Origin: Eledone cirrhosa | Lineage: Eukaryota | Assembly (NCBI GenBank): GCA_964016885.1 | Contig: OZ024743.1 | Span: 71,238,001 to 71,302,000 of the forward strand | DNA length: 64,000 nucleotides | Direction: 5' to 3' | Part shown: piece by piece, positions 12,272 through 23,618 of the stretch | Layout: each line of letters starts with the position of its first letter | How positions within the stretch are numbered: the first letter of the stretch is position 1 | The notes under the pieces: model-generated | Told to the model about the DNA's origin: nothing | The model's database searches: none | The model's input: only the letters and a program-made list of their open reading frames with translations | Position numbers and translations under genes: made by a program

Positions 12272-15200
12272 TCAGAAACAAGAAAATAAATCAGTTACTG
12301 TCCTCTGTTCTTGGATGTCTTTGTGCTGGAAGAAGGCGTCCATAATAGACAGTCCATTATTAGAACTAAAGTGCAATGTGACCTCTCCGTTCATAAATAG
12401 TCCATTACTAGAACTAAAGTGTAATGTGACCTCTCCCTTCATAGATAGTCCATTACTAGAACTAAAGTGTAATGTGACCTCTCCATTCATAGATAGTTCA
12501 TTACTAGAACTAAAGTGTAATGTGACCTCTCCGTTCATAGATAGTCCATTACTAGAACTAAAGTGTAATGTGACCTCTCCGTTCATAGATAGTCCATTAC
12601 TAGAACTAAAGTGTAATGTGACCACTCCGTTAATAATAGATAGTCCATTACTAGAACTAAAGTGTAATGTGACCTCTCCGATAATAATAGATAGTCCATT
12701 ACTAGAACTAAAGTGTAATGTGACCTCTCCGTTAATAATAGATAGTCCATTACTAGAACTAAAGTGTAATGTGACCTCTCCGTTAATAATAGATAGTCCA
12801 TTACTAGAACTAAAGTGTAATGTGACCTCCAAGTTCATAGATAGTCCATTACTAGAACTAAAGTGTAATGTGACCTCTCCGTTCATAGATAGTCCATTAC
12901 TAGAACTAAAGTGTAATGTGACCTCTCCGTTAATAATAGATAGTCCATTACTAGAACTAAAGTGTAATGTGACCTCTCCGTTCATAGATAGTCCATTACT
13001 AGAACTAAAGTGTAATGTGACCTCTCCGTTAATAATAGATAGTCCATTACTAGAACTAAAGTGTAATGTGACCTCTCAGTTCATAGATAGTCCATTACTA
13101 GAACTAAAGTGTAATGTGACCTCTCCGTTATTAATAGATAGTCCATTACTAGAACTAAAGTGTAATGTGACCTCTCCGTTAATAATAGATAGTCCATTAC
13201 TAGAACTAAAGTGTAATGTGACCTCTCAGTTCATAGATAGTCCATTACTAGAACTAAAGTGTAATGTGACCTCTCCGTTCATAGATAGTCCATTACTAGA
13301 ACTAAAGTGTAATGTGACCTCTCCGTTAATAATAGACAGTCCATTACTAGAACTAAAGTGTAATGTGACCTCTCCGTTCATAGATAGTCCATTACTAGAA
13401 CTAAAGTGTAATGTGACCTCTCCGTTAATAATAGATAGTCCATTACTAGAACTAAAGTGTAATGTGACCTCTCCGTTAATAATAGATAGTCCATTACTAG
13501 AACTAAAGTGTAATGTGACCTCTCCGTTCATAGATAGTCCATTACTAGAACTAAAGTGTAATGTGACCTCTCCGTTAATAATAGATAGTCCATTACTAGA
13601 ACTAAAGTGTAATGTGACCTCTCCGTTCATAGATAGTCCATTACTAGAACTAAAGTGTAATGTGACCTCTCCGTTAATAATAGATAGTCCATTACTAGAA
13701 CTAAAGTGTAATGTGACCTCTCCGTTAATAATAGATAGTCCATTACTAGAACTAAAGTGTAATGTGACCTCTCCGTTCATAGATAGTCCATTACTAGAAC
13801 TAAAGTGTAATGTGACCTCTCCGTTAATAATAGATAGTCCATTACTAGAACTAAAGTGTAATGTGACCTCTCCGTTCATAGATAGTCCATTACTAGAACT
13901 AAAGTGTAATGTGACCTCTCAGTTCATAGATAGTCCATTACTAGAACTAAAGTGTAATGTGACCTCTCCGTTAATAATAGATAGTCCATTACTAGAACTA
14001 AAGTGTAATGTGACCTCTCCGTTCATAGATAGTCCATTACTAGAACTAAAGTGTAATGTGACCGCTCCGTTCATAGATAGTCCATTATTAGAACTAAAGT
14101 GTAATGTGACCTCTCCCTTTATAACAGATAGTCCATTACTAGAACTAAAGTGTAATGTGATCTCTCAGTTCATAGATAGTCCATTATTAGAACTAAAGTG
14201 TAATGTAACCTCTCCGTTAATAATAGTTAGTCCATTACTAGAACTAAAGTGTAATGTGACCTCTCCCTTTATAACAGATAGTCCATTACTAGAACTAAAG
14301 TGTTATGTGACCTCTCCGTTCATAGATAGTCCATTATTAGAACTAAAGTGTAATGTGACCTCTCCGTTCATAGATAGTTCATTACTAGAACTAAAGTGTA
14401 ATGTGACCTCTCAGTTCATAGATAGTCCATTACTAGAACTAAAGTGTAATGTGACCTCTCCCTTTATAACAGATAGTCCATTATTAGAACTAAAGTGTAA
14501 TGTGACCTCTCCGTTCATAGATAGTCCATTAATAGAACTAAAGTATAATGTGACCTCTCCGTTCATAGATAGTCCATTACTAGAACTAAAGTGTAATGTG
14601 ACCTCTCCGATAATAATAGATAGTCCATTACTAGAACTAAAGTATAATGTGACCTCTCCGTTCATAGATAGTCCATTACTAGATCTAAAGTGTTATATGA
14701 CCTCTTCGTTCATAGATAGTCCATTACTAGAACTAAAGTGTAATGTGATCTCTCAGTTCATAGATAGTCCATTACTAGAACTAAAGTGTAATGTGACCTC
14801 TCCGTTCATAGATAGTCCATTACTAGAACTAAAGTGTAATATGACCTCTCCGTTCATAGATAGTCCATTACTAGAACTAAAGTGTAATGTGACCTCTCCG
14901 TTCATAGATAGTCCATTACTAGAACTAAAGTGTAATGTGACCTCTCCGTTCATAGATAGTCCATTACTAGAACTAAAGTGTAATGTGACCTCTCCGTTCA
15001 TAGATAGTCCATTAATAGAACTAAAGTGTAATGTGACCTCTCCGTTCATAGATAGTCCATTACTAGAACTAAAGTGTAATGTGACCTCTCCGTTCATAGA
15101 TAGTCCATTAATAGAACTAAAGTGTAATGTGACCTCTCCGTTCATAGATAGTCTATTACTAGAACTAAAGTGTAATGTGACCTCTCCGTTCATAGATAGT

Positions 15201-15950
15201 CCATTAATAGAACTAAAGTGTAATGTGACCTCTCCGTTCATAGATAGTCCATTACTAGAACTAAAGTGTAATGTGACCTCTCCGTTCATAGATAGTCCAT
15301 TACTAGAACTAAAGTGAAATGTGACGTTTCCGGCCTTTCATCTTTATGGAGTCGATAAAACAAAGTACCAGTAATCTACTGGTAATTGCTGATCTATGTG
15401 CCTCATGTAGAAACAATTAAGATTAGGATCGCCGTTCCTTCCAATCACTCCATGTCAGGTGATCAGTGACTGTGTGTGCATTGAAGTCGCTCATTCGGAT
15501 ATATGATTCAGTCTGAACTACATCTAATGCTGCAGTGACTTCATCAAGGATGGATCTGTGTTCAGATTTTCTGTTTGGCGCATAAACTTGCCCCATCCAC
15601 AGAGACACTTCTTTCAACTTAAGCTTCAAGAGGCAAAATATTCATTGCAATGGATCCCTTCTATAAACCATTTCGACAGGCGAGGGCTTGCGAATATCTC
15701 CACTTTTTCTTGTGCAGTCATTTCTGGAAACACACTTGAATTGTGGGGTTTCCATCGTCGATCCCAAACTACAATATTAGAGCCACAGATCTTTCTTGAG
15801 GAAACTCCAACTATATCTAGCCGGTAGCATCTGGCCACATTCATTAGTTTCTGACCCTCAGCTGTAAGGGGTGTAACGTTTCAGCTGCCAATTGTTAACG
15901 TTTGCTGCCTTTTGGATCTTGTTTCGAATCTCGGTATATGCAACCTTTGT
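12272..15950 (-). pseudogene. RTE-type LINE APE endonuclease remnant interrupted by a SINE piece and a minisatellite
   Basis: LTIGS*NV, LDIVGVS, QVYAP, SDFNAH, then NGEVTLHFSSNNGLSIMDAFFQHK, matching the N.NG..LL.F...N.L.I.NTFF.HK APE motif. Confidence 0.75.
12340..15325. repeat. 48/51-bp minisatellite, ~60 copies
   Basis: Unit ATAGATAGTCCATTACTAGAACTAAAGTGTAATGTGACCTCTCCGTTC with a TTAATA (+3) variant. Confidence 0.97.
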
Positions 15951-16439
15951 GCGTCCATCCCACGCCTTACCAGGACGTTGAAACCGATTAGAGATTATTC
16001 AGTACGGTAGTTCCTGCTTCAGCTGTTACATACTGCGGGCGAAATGAGCTCTGTGTAGCGTCGGGTCGCCAGAGACCGTCTTGGTTCAATCAGGAGGTTA
16101 AAGAGGCTACCTTAACAAACAAGGAGGCTCACTAAGCTTGGCTTGGATATGTCTTCCACCATGCACTCGCATATGTATTTATGCAGTGGCGGGCTGGGTC
16201 TAAAAATATTGTTTGCCAGGAGATGAAAAGCGCCCACATACCTATAGAATGCTATCATTTAATTTTTATAATGAATAAATAACATTTTCGAAAAATACAT
16301 AAGTGGAAACAAAACAGTGCAATCAAATTTTTTTGGAAAAATATCTTACCTTCTCCAATAAAAAATATTATGTATTTTACGAAATCCAGAGACTTTCAAT
16401 AATGATCGGAAGTCGACCCTAAATATTACTAATAGCTCT

Positions 16440-16832
16440 AGGAAAGCCATGAACGACACCACATCTTTTTAACTTTGATTTTGACAGTAGGCTTATAATT
16501 ATCAAATTTCATTATACTTTTGTAGTTATCTTGGTGGCCTGGCTGGAGAAATCATAGACGGTGGTGATTCTGGTCTGAAGTTCTATCCTGGTCGGGAGTA
16601 GGGTTCACGTTAAACCTTTTCAGTTTTTTCTATTGGTTGTAAAATAAAAACTAAAAAAAGGTTACATGTATCTCTTCACCATGATTGAACCCAAGGCCAG
16701 GATCTCAACCATCTCTAGTACTTACCGCTAGGCCACAGAGATAACTACGAACATCTTATGAAAATTCATACTTATAAACCTACATTCAAAATTTTCAAAA
16801 CAAAGTGTTGTGGCGTCGTTCATGTCTTTCTT
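16440..16832. mobile_element. MITE-like element with ~24-bp TIRs
   Basis: AGGAAAGCCATGAACGACACCACA / TGTGGCGTCGTTCATGTCTTTCTT; duplicate at ~34853-35245. Confidence 0.65.
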
Positions 16833-17078
16833 AATGTTATTGCTGTAATGTAAACTTTTTTATATTATCTAGTGATTCTGACGATTTCTCTACAAATGAA
16901 ATAAATGCTACCTCCTTTTGAATGAAACATATGTAAATCAATTATATAATGTATTAATGTATTGGACTTTGGTTATTATTATTATTATTATTGTTATTGT
17001 TATTCCTTGAATCTCAGTCATTGATGTTGGTTAACTGGAAAGTCCGTTGGATTGAATATCAAGCCACTACCTGCAGCC

Positions 17079-18446
17079 TCAGATATTCAGGACGTATCGG
17101 AGGGTTCTTGCCGTTCCAAGCAAGCATGCCTTTTGAAGCGTTCCAAAAAGCGTGAAGGGGCCGATTTTCTTTAACCATCCCTGGAAACCTTTGGAGATAG
17201 TCCCCAGTGCGCCTATGACAATCGGGATCACTTTGACTTCATGGCAGTTCCAAATCCTTTTCACCTCCCACTTTAGGTCCTGGTATCGGTTAATTTTCTC
17301 CCTCTCCTTCTCTTGCACTCTCGTGTCGAACGGGCAGGCCACATCCACAATCAGGCACGATCTTTTTTCTTTGTCCACAACCACCAGGTCAGGTCTATTG
17401 TGTTCCAGTTTTTTGTCCGTCTGTATCCTAAAATCCCACAGCACCTTCACCTGACTGTTCTCCATCACCGCCTCTGGCCTATGCTCATACCATTTCTCAG
17501 AATGTGGTAGATTGTTTACTTTGCACAGGTGCCAGTGGATCACCCTGCCCATCACATCGTGTCTCCAGCCCTTATAGTGGGTCTGGGCTAGGTGTTTACA
17601 CTCGGACACAATGTGAGCCACAGTCTCCTCTCTCTCTCCACAGATCCTGCACAGTGGGCTAGCCTCCTCCTTGTAGATATGGTGCTTCAACCACTTCGTT
17701 TTGAGGGCCTGCTCCTGCGCAGCCATTAGCATTCCTTCTGTAGCCTTTTTGAGGTCTCCTCTTCTCAACCAGTTCCATGTCTGTGGATCTCTAAATTCAG
17801 TTTTCTCAAAGAAGGTACTATGAAGGGATTTTCCCTTAAGGCTGCTCTTCCTCCTTGATGTTATTTCCTCCTTGGGTATCCCCTGGCCTACTCTCCCCTC
17901 CTTCAGTACAGCTCTGAGCATTGGCTCCTTACTATAGGTCACGTATTTGTATAGGTTGTTTTTCTCCATCTGAACACAGTCCTCTATGCTGATAAGACCT
18001 CTTCCACCCTCAGATCTCCTTAGGTAGAGTCTATCGACATCACTCCTCTTGTGGAACATGTTGTAGATAGTCAATAGCTTCCTAGTCTTCCTATCCATTT
18101 CTTTTTGTTCAGCAACATTCCATCTCAGAATTCCCGCACTGTACCTAATAATAGACACAGCTCGGGAATTTACTGCGCTTATGGCATTTCTGCTGTTCAG
18201 ATGTGACTTCAATACGCTCCTTACTCTCCGAATGTATTCAGTTCTTAACAATTCCTTCATTTTTTTGTTCTTTATGCCATCAGCCTCCAGAACGCCCAAA
18301 TACTTGTATCCTTCCTCAGAGTCAATTTCCTTTATCATCTCACCTGTTGGTATCTGGATCCCGTTACTTCTGCTCAACCTACCCCTCCTCATCACAATGA
18401 CTCCACATTTACCAATACCAAACTGCATACATATATCACTGCTGAA
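17079..18446 (-). CDS. Dong-A C-terminal half: RT thumb, CCHC finger, restriction-like endonuclease
   Basis: YKYLGV, CRICGEREETVAHIVSEC, RHD, RPDLVVVD..IVDVACPFD..EKINRY; frame is open. Confidence 0.85.
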   Translation of the reverse strand, partial: FSSDICMQFGIGKCGVIVMRRGRLSRSNGIQIPTGEMIKEIDSEEGYKYLGVLEADGIKNKKMKELLRTEYIRRVRSVLKSHLNSRNAISAVNSRAVSIIRYSAGILRWNVAEQKEMDRKTRKLLTIYNMFHKRSDVDRLYLRRSEGGRGLISIEDCVQMEKNNLYKYVTYSKEPMLRAVLKEGRVGQGIPKEEITSRRKSSLKGKSLHSTFFEKTEFRDPQTWNWLRRGDLKKATEGMLMAAQEQALKTKWLKHHIYKEEASPLCRICGEREETVAHIVSECKHLAQTHYKGWRHDVMGRVIHWHLCKVNNLPHSEKWYEHRPEAVMENSQVKVLWDFRIQTDKKLEHNRPDLVVVDKEKRSCLIVDVACPFDTRVQEKEREKINRYQDLKWEVKRIWNCHEVKVIPIVIGALGTISKGFQGWLKKIGPFTLFGTLQKACLLGTARTLRYVLNI

Positions 18447-18464
18447 AATAATAATAATAATAAT

Positions 18465-19725
18465 GAGGAAACAACAGACAAGAAAGAGCAGAGCCGTGGT
18501 GGAAGAAGCGACTGAGTGGGCAAATCGGGGAAATGAGAAATGACATAGGAAAGCTTGAGTCACTACTGAATGGGACACTAAAAAACATAGGCACTAAAAA
18601 TAGACTGGAAATAAAATACAAAACTAGGAGTAAAAAGCTAAATATTATCATAGAGGAATTGAAGCAACGCATTGTAGCAAAGAGTGCCAAAATCAGGCGA
18701 TACGAGAACAGAGTCAGTCAGTATAAACAGAACCGCATGTTCGACAACAACCAGAAGATGCTGTTTGGACAGCTTGAGGGGAAAGAAAGAGGCACCGACT
18801 TGATCCCTGGGGCGGAACAAGCTAAAACATTCTGGAGAGGAATATGGGAGCAGGATGTTAGACACAATGCCCAGGCAGGGTGGATTGAGACAGTACAGAG
18901 GGAGATCGGTGAGCAGGCACAGCAACAGACTGATTTGAGTATCACAGTTGAAACTCTTAAGGGGCAAGCCAAAAAACTAACCAACTGGAAATCACCAGGC
19001 CCAGATGGTGTGCAGGGGTATTGGATTAAACATTTAACATCCCTCCACCCGAAGCTGACGGCCATGTTCAATGACTGCTTGGTGTCGGGTGAGGTGCCAG
19101 AGTGGTTGACAAAAGGTACCACAGTTCTGATAATGAAAGACCGAATCAAGGGTAATGATGTTACCAACTATAGACCTATCACATGTCTGCCCGTAATGTG
19201 GAAACTGTTGACGAGCATTGTGTCTGAGGAAATCTACCATCACCTCCACACAAACAACTTGTTGCCGGACGAACAGAAAGGATGCCGAAAGAAGTCACGT
19301 GGTACAAAGGACCAGTTGCTTATTGATAAGATGGTAATGGGGAATTGCAGGAGGAGACACACTGATCTTGCCATGGGATGGATAGACTACAGAAAGGCAT
19401 TTGACATGGTGCCTCATTCCTGGATCACCAAAAGCCTGGAGATCTTCAGGGTGGCAGATAACATCAGAGAGTTGCTGGGCAGGAGTATGGGGTCCTGGGA
19501 GACAGAGTTGACATCAACTGGAGTATCCTTGGGAAGCGTGAAGATCAAGAGAGGTATCTTCCAGGGAGATAGCCTGTCCCCTCTGTTGTTTGTCCTTGCC
19601 CTGATGCCCTTGACCATTATGCTGCGAAAAGTGAGAGCAGGATACAAGTTGGGAAGGGGAGAGCTTACCATCAATCACCTCCTCTTCATGGACGATCTTA
19701 AGCTCTTCGGGAAAAGTGAGAAGGA

Positions 19726-19726
<1 letters not shown>
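18465..19726 (+). CDS. Dong-A RT N-terminal half (inverted segment)
   Basis: KSPGPDG, NYRPITCL, EQKGC, WIDYRKAFDMV, GIFQGDSLSPLLF, FMDDLK; runs into (TTA)n. Confidence 0.85.
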
Positions 19727-19788
<62 letters not shown>

Positions 19789-22700
19789 GGCGACCTACGT
19801 AGTAAATCGTATCATCGTGAGCTCCGCAAAGGTTTGTTATTTCCGTTTGTTAAAAATTGCCATTTATGGAAAATTTTATTGTTAACTGTTTATAAGCACA
19901 CATACATTGTTTTCCGAAAAGGACACCCAAAAAGATTGGGGCCTTGTGCCCAAAATTTTAACTTTTATTATTATCCAAAAATTTCTTTGAAAAAAAATGG
20001 CTAATTCCCCTCTGCACGAAGCAGCTGAAAGCCTTCCTCACAAAATAACACCTCACACCGACACCACCATTGTAAATGTTACTACGTTTGCCAACACAAA
20101 AAAAATATAAGCAGTAGCAATATTTTAAATTTGTCTCAGGCAGACATTCATTTCCCGCCATTACCAATGACTGCAGGTGTTAAAGCCTCCACCACCACCA
20201 CCACCGCGACAACCACCACACCCACCACCACCGCGACAACCCCCACCCCCACCACCACCGCGACAACAGAAACAAAAGAAGAAAAAAATAAATTAACTCG
20301 TGATGTCGAAATGAAATCAAGCAAAATGGACTCTTCCGCACCAAAGACGAATGACGTCACCACCACCACAACTGAAACAAAAATTAAGATTAACACAAAT
20401 AACGATAGCAACAACAACAACAATGACATTATAAAACCGACCATCAGTTTCGCCATCGTAGCAAAACAATTCGAAGCGTTCACGGTAACTCAAGAAGATT
20501 TAGAAAATGCCAAACAAATGGTAAAGAAAGATGGGTACAGGGTCAGCCTCACCCCCCCACCTAATAAAATGGAGCATCGGCGCCTGTGCACCGTGTCGTA
20601 TAGAACAATAAATGTAAAATCGCGCCGAGTGGAACGGGCATCCGAGTCCCAAATCCAAAAAGGCGCAAGGCCTACAGAGACCGGATTAGCGAACTAGTTA
20701 AGCGGGCGTTGACGGGGGCCATCGTCAACAACAAGTGGTGGTTTGCTCTGAAAAGAGCAATTAGAATAGAGTCCATTAGGTTTAGTAAGACTTTAGCAAT
20801 AGAGAAAAATAGAGCAGAGGGAGAATTAGTTAGAAAATTAGATGAGGCGCTTAGCAAAGGCATCGCGACCGACGTACTTGCGGCGAAATTGGCCCTTGAC
20901 CAATTCTTCAATGCAAAGCACGAAGGCTGCGTTGTCAGAGCTAGGGTGCGTGCTCTCAGACACGAGGGGACGAAAGCCGTTCAATGGGCCCGAGTGGCGG
21001 AGGCGCGTCGTGGCAACAAAGCCACGATCCGGTCTTTGGTGGACCACGACGGGCGCATGCTACTCGATCCCGGGCAAATGTGTGAAGCTTTTCAGCGACA
21101 ATTCGCTCAACTGTTCGGGGTCAGTGGCGGGCCGGATCGAGTGATGGACTTTAGTGTCTACCTCGACGGACTGCCGCGGCTTTCGGCCACTGAGGCGGAG
21201 TGCTGCGAAAAGCCGATAACAACCGCTGAAGTACGGGATGCAATGACTAGTTGCACAAGGGGTAAATCGCCTGGTTTGGATGGTCTGCCCTATGAACTTT
21301 ACGTACAAATGCCAAACTTGTTCGGAGGCCTCTTGGCGGACGTCTACTGCAACTGGCAACAGAACGGGAGAATTCCCAGCTCTGTGAGCCGAGGAGCGGT
21401 GGCTCTGCTGAGAAAGGATCCGAACAAGGGGGATAACATAGATAATTTTAGGCCCATAACTCTGCTAAACACAGAGTTCAAGATTTTGGCCAAGGTGCTA
21501 GCAAAGAGGTTGGCGCTTGTCGTTGGTGGTCTGGTGGGAGAGGCACAGACATGCGCCATTCCCGACAGATCCATCCACAACAACCTCCACCTCATGCGAT
21601 ACATCGTAGAGAGGGTAGCTAGGGAACCTGGCACGGGTGGGTCTTTGATCAATTTAGATCAGTCGAAAGCCTTCGATAGGGTCGACCATCGTTACCTAGC
21701 GGCAGTCCTGAGGGCGGCTGGCTTTGGGCCCGTCTTCAGAGGCTGGATCGCTGCCATGCACAGCGACATCTGCTCTGTAGTGAGAGTGAACGGTCACCTT
21801 TCGGAACCGTTCAACATCATGCGCTCGGTCCGCCAAGGATGTCCCCTCTCGTCCCTATTGTACGTATTGACTCTCGAGCCATTACTGCACAAACTGGAGA
21901 CGTTGAGGGGGGTCCCGCGCGAACTAGGATGCGGAAGATCCGTGTCAGCATATGCCGACGATGTCACCGTAGTGGTGTCGAACGCCAAACACATCGAGGC
22001 GATCGGCACTACACTAAGAGAATACGAAGCGGTGACAGGAGCAATGATCAACCAGGAAAAGTCAGTGGGCCTGCAGCTCGGCACCTGGAGAGGCAGGTCC
22101 ATGCCGTCCAACAGCGTCGTCGGGCGCTGGACGGACGGACCGGTTAAATTGCTAGGGGTCTGGTTCGGTCCAGATCTCCAGACGGACAAAAACTGGGACG
22201 AGGTGACGAGCAGGGTGGCTTCTCTCACCCAGAAATGGGCCGAGAGGAAGCTATCCCTGAAAGGTCGAGCGGAGGTGGCGAATGCGTACATCGCATCCGT
22301 CATCTACTACCGCCTGACCGTCGTACCTTGTCCTAAGCCCCGCCTGACTGCGCTGGAGCGTTTGCTCTTTCGCTTCTTGTGGAAGGGACGCGCTCCGATG
22401 GTCAGGCGGTCCATCTGCTGTCAACACCCGCTACGTGGAGGGCTGGGCATGCCGTGGCTGATGATGCGCAGACACGCGCTCAGGCTACGACATCTCCACC
22501 TCTTCCTCAACGGTGATCAGGTGTGGTCGCCGTTTGCAAGACACGTTTTTCTCCAGCTCGTCTCCTTGACGGAGCTGCAGTCTTGGGTCAAGCGAAGACC
22601 GAGAGGGAGCGTTTGGAGACTGGAATGTCTTCAGGCGCTCACAGCCCTCGACCAATCGGGCAATGTGATCGGTGGAAACTCCACCTTGGCGTTCTATAGG

Positions 22701-23563
22701 GGATTAGTGGAGGGGAAGAGCGACGACGTACTTGGAGAAACTCTAGGCGTCGACGAAAATCAACTAGCCAATCTCTTCGGAAGGACTTTCGGGCCGGGGC
22801 CTATGGACAACTACCAGAAATCCCTGGCCTGGCAGTGCTACCGAGGAGCTTTGCCAGTTCGGGATAAACTCTACAGGCATGGAGGTGCCGTCAGCCGGGC
22901 ATGTCCGAGATGCGCGCAGGGCGACGAAACCGTCCTGCACGCACTCGTCCAGTGTCCGAGCATTGCTGACTTGTGGGTTTATGTCGAACACCTGCTGTCA
23001 CGCGTAGGACCGACCGATCCAGCTATCAGCTGAGTCCATAGTGAGGATTGCCCCGCCCCCTTCCTTTAGCCTGGAAGGGCAGGCAGTTTTTATCTGTCTG
23101 GTGGCCATGGCGAAAGAGATAGTATGGTGGACACGTTTGAAAGGGCTGAAGACGAGCACTTACCTCTTTGGTAATGCCCTGATTAACATTTTCAAATTTC
23201 ACTTGAAAAGGAAAATCAGGGTAGAGAGGGAAGTGCTCTCTTCCCAGCATTTTGTTGAAAGATGGGTGAGAGAAGCAAGTATGGCCCGAATGAATGGGCC
23301 TTCTCTGAGTATGTGTCTGTAAATTAAAGGTGGAAAACTGGGAGAGGCACTTGCCCTGGTGGTCAGGGCCACTGTGGTCTTTTAATGGACTTTCTCCACA
23401 AATGTCCCTTGGAAGTCTCCCCCCTATTGGGGAATTTTTCTTTGTTATTTTATTTCAACCTCTGTTTTTTTACACGCAGAAATGCCCATTTGTACCGTCC
23501 TGTATTGTCCTGTACTGTCCTTAATGTCTACTTTATGTGAACCCTTGTGGTTAATAAAGAAAA

Positions 23564-23564
<1 letters not shown>
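19789..23564 (+). mobile_element. L1/Tx1-type LINE, copy 1, internally deleted
   Basis: Starts GGCGACCTACG right after (TTA)n and ends CCTTGTGGTTAATAAAGAAAAC+(ATT)n; ORF1 5' part joined at ~20662 to ORF2 downstream of APE. Confidence 0.9.
20709..23322 (+). CDS. Tx1 ORF2 (RT plus C-terminal zinc finger), APE missing, frameshift near 23015
   Basis: KSPGLDGLP, FRPITLLN, LDQSKAFDRV, VRQGCPLS, YADD, CPRC..ETVLHALVQC. Confidence 0.85.

Positions 23565-23618
<54 letters not shown>

Larger units (their letters stand above)
17004..19726 (-). mobile_element. R4/Dong-type LINE (family A), 5'-truncated, with inverted 5' half
   Basis: RT plus CCHC plus restriction-like endonuclease; (TAA)n on the sense strand at both outer ends. 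Confidence 0.9.

Noticed and set aside
12315-15317. 1000-aa ORF as a host repeat-protein gene
   Set aside because: It lies entirely within a minisatellite antisense to a LINE remnant; the duplicate copy is broken by stops and a frameshift
19789-19860. HDV-like ribozyme at Tx1 5' ends
   Set aside because: The nested double pseudoknot could not be built by eye in either 5' UTR type
21794-22303. Antisense ORFs over LINE coding regions (also 55523, 18718, 62776)
   Set aside because: Shadow frames of RT genes
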